A DNA stretch of 64,000 nt, taken from NCBI RefSeq assembly GCF_041956535.1, contig NW_027192197.1:1066036-1130035 (forward strand). The letters run 5' to 3'. The notes beneath the pieces are model-generated. The model did not search any database and had not been told where the DNA came from. It saw only the letters and a program-made list of their open reading frames with translations. Made by a program: the position numbers and the translations under genes. Origin of the DNA: Calcarisporiella thermophila CBS 279.70 (lineage: Eukaryota; Fungi; Calcarisporiellomycota). Positions 59,480 through 64,000 of this stretch are shown here, one piece after another; position 1 is the first letter of the stretch; each line of letters starts with the position of its first letter.

Positions 59480-59817
59480 GGGGGAGGGTTAGTGTAGTGG
59501 ACTATCCCTGGTATGCCGATGAGAACGGCGTGGGTTCAAATCCCACTTCCCCCACCAGCACTTACTCTTAGTTTGTGACTGCTGTCCACTTGATCAGAAA
59601 TTGAGTCTACATTATTGAAAGGATCCCTCCTACGATAAGTACAAAGATTACATCGGTTTCACGTACAGGCTATTCACGACAACTACGATACACGCATATC
59701 GATTGAACGCCTATCTATCAAGGACCTATATCTCGTTATGTTAAGTCCATTGACATTAACTTCATGTAATATATGGAAATTAAATAAAAGTTTCCATTGA
59801 TTGATCAAAAAAAAAAA
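59480..59817 (+). mobile_element. tRNA-derived SINE-like element, family 1, apparently full length
   Basis: Head 59480-59557 with A box TAGTGTAGTGG, B box GGTTCAAATCC and a CCA end; A11 tail; 17-bp TSD GCTTAGCTTTTGTGACT at 59463-59479 and 59818-59834; second copy of the 3' part at 63836-64000. Confidence 0.85.
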
Positions 59818-60212
59818 GCTTAGCTTTTGTGACTTGATCACTTTATTATCTTTATTTCTTTAACTGAGTCCTTTTGTGAGAATATTTAATATTATACGGT
59901 TGTTTATTACGCCAACCTTATTTTATGACAACTTTATTATATTGAGATGATGCCATTTTATTACTCTTATTATTTATATTTTTCCCTATGTGATACGTTA
60001 ACAACAGTATAAAAAGACCGATATTTCATTTACAATAAAAGACGTGCTATTTTGTATGGAGATAGAACCGGATACGTTTCAAACCACCATCTTGTGTCGT
60101 TTATTAGTCTTCTGAAGTGTTTAAGGAAGGACAATCAAGAGCTTAGGGATAGCTAGAGGATTGTCGGGATAGACCTTATTAGACATATATTCGACGCAAC
60201 ACTCGGTAATTG

Positions 60213-60265
60213 AGATGGTGTTGATATACCTCGCCGCCCAAAGCCACACTGACGTGAGTTCGGGA
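60213..60265 (-). mobile_element. Distal piece of older LINE copy C, split off by the insertion stack
   Basis: Translates PELTSVWLWAARYINTI, homologous to PELTPVWQWAERCIVTI in ORF 62407-63825; it continues the ...HTFFECP frame that breaks at about 61400. Confidence 0.85.
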
Positions 60266-60275
60266 CCACCATTTC

Positions 60276-60538
60276 TAGCTCCAATACGATCTTGCCGAAT
60301 ACCCTACCACCCGCATTCTAGTTTTCCTTTTTTTTTTTCTTTCTATATTAGTCCATATTCTTTTCCTCTCTTGTATAATACCGTCCTTGAAAAATAGGAT
60401 GGTATTCATACGATCAACCACTACTTACATGTATTTCTCCTGACATTTTTTTTTTTGAGAGTATTTCTCCTGACAAGGCACTATACTAACTTAAAAGGAT
60501 ACTTTTCAATAAAGATCCATAAATCCCAAAAAAAAAAA
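60276..60538 (+). mobile_element. 5'-truncated retroposon, X-type tail
   Basis: Ends GGATACTTTTCAATAAAGATCCATAAATCCC(A)11; 15-bp TSD CGGGACCACCATTTC at 60261-60275 and 60539-60553. Confidence 0.85.
60446..60460 (-). mobile_element. Poly(A)-only micro-insertion TCTC(A)11
   Basis: Flanked by a perfect 15-bp TSD GTATTTCTCCTGACA at 60431-60445 and 60461-60475. Confidence 0.85.
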
Positions 60539-60544
60539 CGGGAC

Positions 60545-60682
60545 CACCATTTCAATTCGTTCTAAAATATCCCCTTAAGCTTTAACATTAGTTTCCTCTT
60601 CACTTTATTGCTTCTATTAATGTAACCATTGTACTTTAGAGTCTTTACAAACAATAAAGACTCAACATTGATCAAAAAAAAA
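60545..60682 (+). mobile_element. 5'-truncated retroposon, diverged Y-type tail
   Basis: Ends GAGTCTTTACAAACAATAAAGACTCAACATTGATC(A)9; TSD GTGAGTTCGGGAC at 60254-60266 and 60683-60695. Confidence 0.8.
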
Positions 60683-60703
60683 GTGAGTTCGGGACATTCG
60701 AAG

Positions 60704-60747
60704 GTTGCTTTCATTCAATAAAGATCCATAAATCCCAAAAAAAAAAA
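60704..60747 (+). mobile_element. Very short X-type tail insertion
   Basis: TTCAATAAAGATCCATAAATCCC(A)11; TSD ACATTCGAAG at 60694-60703 and 60747-60756. Confidence 0.8.
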
Positions 60748-60762
60748 CATTCGAAGACCCCT

Positions 60763-61039
60763 TTACCTTCTACCTTATCCCCTTCCTATCCTCTGCTTCC
60801 ATTTGTTTACTACCCACCCCACTTCTCATGTTTTCCTTTGATATCCACAGTTAGTTGAGTTTCACCATTCCCTTACCTATTTGAGCTGAAAGTCGATATG
60901 ACCAACATATCATTTCGATCTACGATATCACCCAAAGCTTTAGCTCTGGCTTCCCTTTCACTTTATTGCTTATAATAATGTAACATTTGTATTTTAGAGT
61001 CTTCCTATACAATAAAGACTCGGCATTAATAAAAAAAAA
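60763..61039 (+). mobile_element. LINE 3' UTR (Y-type), near-identical to the reverse complement of 62122-62395
   Basis: Only a few differences from the 3' UTR of LINE A; TSD AAGACCCCT at 60754-60762 and 61038-61046. Confidence 0.88.
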
Positions 61040-61046
61040 GACCCCT

Positions 61047-61096
61047 CTACCTCAAAAGGATACTTTTCAATAAAGATCCATAAATCCCAAAAAAAA
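61047..61096 (+). mobile_element. Short X-type tail insertion, interrupted at its 5' end by the Y copy
   Basis: CTACCTCAAAAGGATACTTTTCAATAAAGATCCATAAATCCC(A)9 followed by CATTCGAAGA. Confidence 0.75.
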
Positions 61097-61109
61097 CATT
61101 CGAAGAAAG

Positions 61110-61397
61110 TTAAGAGCCCCGGGGCTTAACCAATGTGTGCTGGGTTCAATTCCCGGCGACGGCACCTGTACTAGAGATGGGTCCGGGACATACTCTAGGA
61201 ATCGAGCTATAAGATACTTCGTTATTAATAATTTGATATTGATCGTCCTCAGAAAAACGAGAAATACGTTTAATATAGTGACTTGTCAGAAGAAATACAT
61301 GTAAGCAATGGTTGAGCGTTAGAAATAGCGTGCAAATCCTTTCATTTAACTTGTATAGGAGACTTTTCAATAAAAAGATCCTTCAATCCCAAAAAAA
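61110..61397 (+). mobile_element. Second tRNA-derived SINE-like element (5'-truncated), X-like tail
   Basis: T-arm/B box CTGGGTTCAATTCCCGG then CGACGGCACC; tail GGAGACTTTTCAATAAAAAGATCCTTCAATCCC(A)7; flanked by ACATTCGAAGAA on both sides. Confidence 0.65.
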
Positions 61398-61987
61398 TAG
61401 GGACATTCGAAGAAGGTGTGACGGATGGTATACCTCGGAGCGTTACAGCGGGTACATTTCGGGTCATGACCTGGGAATGTCGAGTTTGTAATTACACGCA
61501 CTACGAGGATTCGCCAGCGTAGTGTGCGGTGTTTTGGGAGGGTTGGCCGTTTTTGGATGGAGGTCCAGACCTTTTCCCATTCCTTTGCCGTGGATGCAAC
61601 CTCTGGCCAGGATTGGGGCGTCAGCGTTTCTGGTTCCGGAGAGCCATTTCGCTGGAAGTGCCTTCCCCGTCGGGTGGATTATTCCAGGACGGGCGCGCCA
61701 GCCAGGTGACAGAGGTGGAGTGGGAAACGAGGATGCGGATGTTGTCGGGGTATGGCAGAACATTTCGTGATTTTCTCTACTAGGTTAGGGGGCAGGATAA
61801 GGTATCCGTGTTCCCATGATAAGGTGAAATCGTTATAACGGCGTTCGCACGCTCTTTTTAGCCTTTCCGTGGGTTGCGCAGAGTATCTACGCTCCATTTC
61901 CGATTGTATCTGCATGTTCCGCTCCAAAAAGGCTTGTCGCCGGAGTGATCTGCATTCTATCCTTCCTCTATTGATAAGGAAGGTTAG
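61398..61987 (-). mobile_element. Older 5'-truncated LINE ORF2 fragment (copy C) with an in-frame stop
   Basis: Collinear with ORF A (IECRSL, QSEMERRYSA, QHPHPRFPL, LPKHRTLRWRILV, FPGHDPKCTRCNA, IRHTFFECP); TAA at 61679-61681. Confidence 0.9.
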
Positions 61988-61999
61988 GGAGTTTCCTGA

Positions 62000-62102
62000 T
62001 TTTTTTATTTTAACAAAGGATCTTTATTAAAAAGTGTCCTATCCTGTTAAAAAGGTAGGGTAGCTTCTACGTCAAAATCACCCAGGTAATGCTCCTGGCC
62101 CT
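62000..62102 (-). mobile_element. Short 5'-truncated retroposon B, X-like tail
   Basis: Ends GGACACTTTTTAATAAAGATCCTTTGTT plus an A-rich tail; 12-bp TSD (+ strand GGAGTTTCCTGA) at 61988-61999 and 62103-62114. Confidence 0.8.
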
Positions 62103-62121
62103 GGAGTTTCCTGAATGCCTA

Positions 62122-63825
62122 TTTTTTTTTTTTGATCAATGCCGAGTCTTTATTGTATAGGAAGACTCTAAAATACAAATGTTACTTTATTATAAGCAAT
62201 AAAGTGAAAGGGAAGCCAGAGCTAAAGCTTTGGGTGATATCGCAGATCGAAATGATATGTTGGTCATATTGACTTTCAGCTCAAATAGGTAAGGGAATGG
62301 TGAAACTCAACTAACTGTGGATATCAAAGGAAAACATGAGAAGTGGGGTGGGGAGTAAACAAATGGAAGCAGAGGATAGGAAGGGGATAAGGTAGGGGTT
62401 ACTGCGTTATCCCAGTATCAGAGCCGCTCCGATCGCTCCCTCTCTAACCGCACCCAGCTTGCACCATCTTCTTCGAAACTGTTCGATTTGCCGGTTTTTT
62501 CGTGCTCGGATTAGTTCGGCTCCTATCACTTCCTCAATATCTAGTTTGGCCCGGCTGATGATTATTTCGGGTGAGGCTCGGGTGCTTTCGAAATGAAAGG
62601 CGATCCGATCTCGGTGGATTTGCCACAACACCGAGTCAAAAGTAATTCGGGCTACGTGTCTCGCTGTTCTCGTGGATTCTGTGAGGTCTCCTAGTATGAG
62701 GTTGCGAGTAGTCAGCACCGGAGTATTCTGGGGGCCTGTGATGGTGACGATGCACCTCTCCGCCCACTGCCACACTGGTGTGAGTTCAGGACATTCGAAG
62801 AAAGTATGACGAATTGTGTCTCTTGAGGCGTTACATCGGGTGCACTTCGGGTCGTGACCAGGAAATGTCGAGTTAGTGATCACTCGTTCCACAAGAATCC
62901 GCCAGCGTAGCGCACGGTGTTTTGGGAGGGTGGGTCGTTTGTGGACGGAAGTCCAGATTTTCTTCCAATCCTCGGGTGTAGATCCAGCCTCTGGCCAGGA
63001 TTGAGGGACCAATATGTTGGGCTCTAGAGAGCCGTTGCGCCGGAAGTGCCGTCCTTGTCGGGTGGAGTATTCTACGACTGGCCTGCCGGCCAGGTGGCAG
63101 TGATAAAGTGGGAAACGGGGGTGAGGGTGTTGTTGCGGTATATCAGTACACTCCGTGACCTTTGCAACTAAGCTCGGGGGTAAGTTGAGGTAACGGAGCT
63201 CCCATCCAAGAGAACGGCTGCAGTATCGGCGGTGACACGCGTTCCTTAGCCTTTCTATAGGGAGCGCAGAATATCTACGCTCCATTTCCGACTGCCTTCC
63301 AATATTCCTGTCAAATAAAGCCTGATTATGGAGCGATCTGCACTCGATTTGTCCTCCCCAGCGTACGAATGTTAGTATCTCATTGAGGAGGTATGGCGGT
63401 GTTGGGGGTTTTGGCTCCTCCATTTGTCGGCCCTCGTCTGTGATTAACGGGCACTTGTAGAGAGGTAGAGACAAGACCTCGGTCGCAGTCCAGTTTGGTG
63501 ATGCTACTGGGCTACCTCCGAGCATACGCCATGTTTGGAACTGATTAAACCAGAACCCTCCTTTGCGTTTGAGCTTGGCAGTGGAGAACGTGGTGGCAAA
63601 GATGGCTGTACCGTAGCCTTCTGGAGCATACTTTCCTGTCAGGTTAAGAAGTGAGATGCTTGCCCAGAGGGAAACCGTCGGGTCCGATGCTGGTTTCTTC
63701 ATTTCTCTTGCGAGTTTGGGAAACCATGATGCGAGTAAGGCAGTTGATTGTTGTCTAGGGAGAATGAGACCTAGGCCTCCCTCCTCTCGCGTTTTAGAAA
63801 GGAGGCTAAGACTGATCTGCGGGCC
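62122..63825 (-). mobile_element. 5'-truncated L1/Tx1-like non-LTR retrotransposon (copy A): open C-terminal ORF2 62407-63825, 3' UTR, poly(A)
   Basis: EEGGLGL post-RT motif, WKKIW...WRIL...CTRC...HTFFECP zinc knuckle (zf-RVT), A12 tail, GTTTCCTGAA duplicated at 62106-62115 and 63826-63835. The ORF-track N-terminus MIDQKKKN is read-through of the neighbour's tail. Confidence 0.92.
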
Positions 63826-63835
63826 GTTTCCTGAA

Positions 63836-64000
63836 TTTTTTTTTTTTTGATCAATCAATGGAAACTTCTATTTAATTACCATATATTACATGAAGTTAAT
63901 GTCAATGGACTTAACATAACGAGATATAGGCCCTTGATCGATAGACTTTCAATCGATATGCGTGTATCGTAGTTGTCGTGAATAGCCTGTACGTGAAACC
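63836..64000 (-). mobile_element. Second copy of the SINE family 1 3' part (cut by the window edge)
   Basis: Reverse complement matches 59655-59817 with about six substitutions by eye; A13 tail abuts TTCAGGAAAC. Confidence 0.9.

Noticed and set aside
59480-59557. Functional tRNA (Leu-GAG) or tRNA-Sec
   Set aside because: Arm spacing is non-canonical, there is no TCA anticodon, and it lies inside a TSD-flanked poly(A) element.
60254-61410. CRISPR-like array (recurring ACATTCGAAG with spacers)
   Set aside because: Repeats vary in length, follow poly(A) tails and are explained as TSDs; eukaryotic context with no cas genes.
63826-63858. Start codon and N-terminus MIDQKKKNSGN of the 483-aa ORF
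   Set aside because: It derives from the adjacent SINE tail, poly(A) and TSD; the LINE is 5'-truncated and lacks RT and endonuclease here.

Overview
Eukaryotic, intron-rich fungal DNA, probably from an early-diverging (non-Dikarya) fungus; this is inferred from an SMCR8-like gene and a classical CCG tetraspanin. Bases 1-58,600 are a gene-dense housekeeping region of about 25 genes. They include SPF30, RTC3-like, an ET-domain protein, a homeobox TF, a secreted Kex2-type repeat precursor, a class IV chitin synthase, SMCR8-like, TRP/FLC, Src1/Heh-like, ARG7, a tetraspanin, MET14, RPS3, GPI12, a sugar porter, EFR3, FAM210-like, a calmodulin-like protein, arginase, a G-protein gamma subunit absent from the ORF track, VPS15, an alpha/beta-hydrolase-tyrosine-phosphatase fusion and an arylamine N-acetyltransferase. 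The last ~4.7 kb is the most unusual part. Upstream of a tRNA-Gly(TCC) gene lies a pile of about 12 poly(A)-tailed retroposon insertions: L1/Tx1-like LINE fragments, two different tRNA-derived SINE-like elements and a poly(A)-only micro-insert. Their target-site duplications (TSDs) can be read and partly ordered. Nearly all land at or next to TC(A/G)GGA, a motif also present on the antisense strand of the LINE's own zinc-knuckle codons. The three 3'-tail families have different sequences but share a stem-loop carrying AATAAA. Gene models were spliced by eye, so internal exon boundaries and some termini are approximate. No database searches were run.
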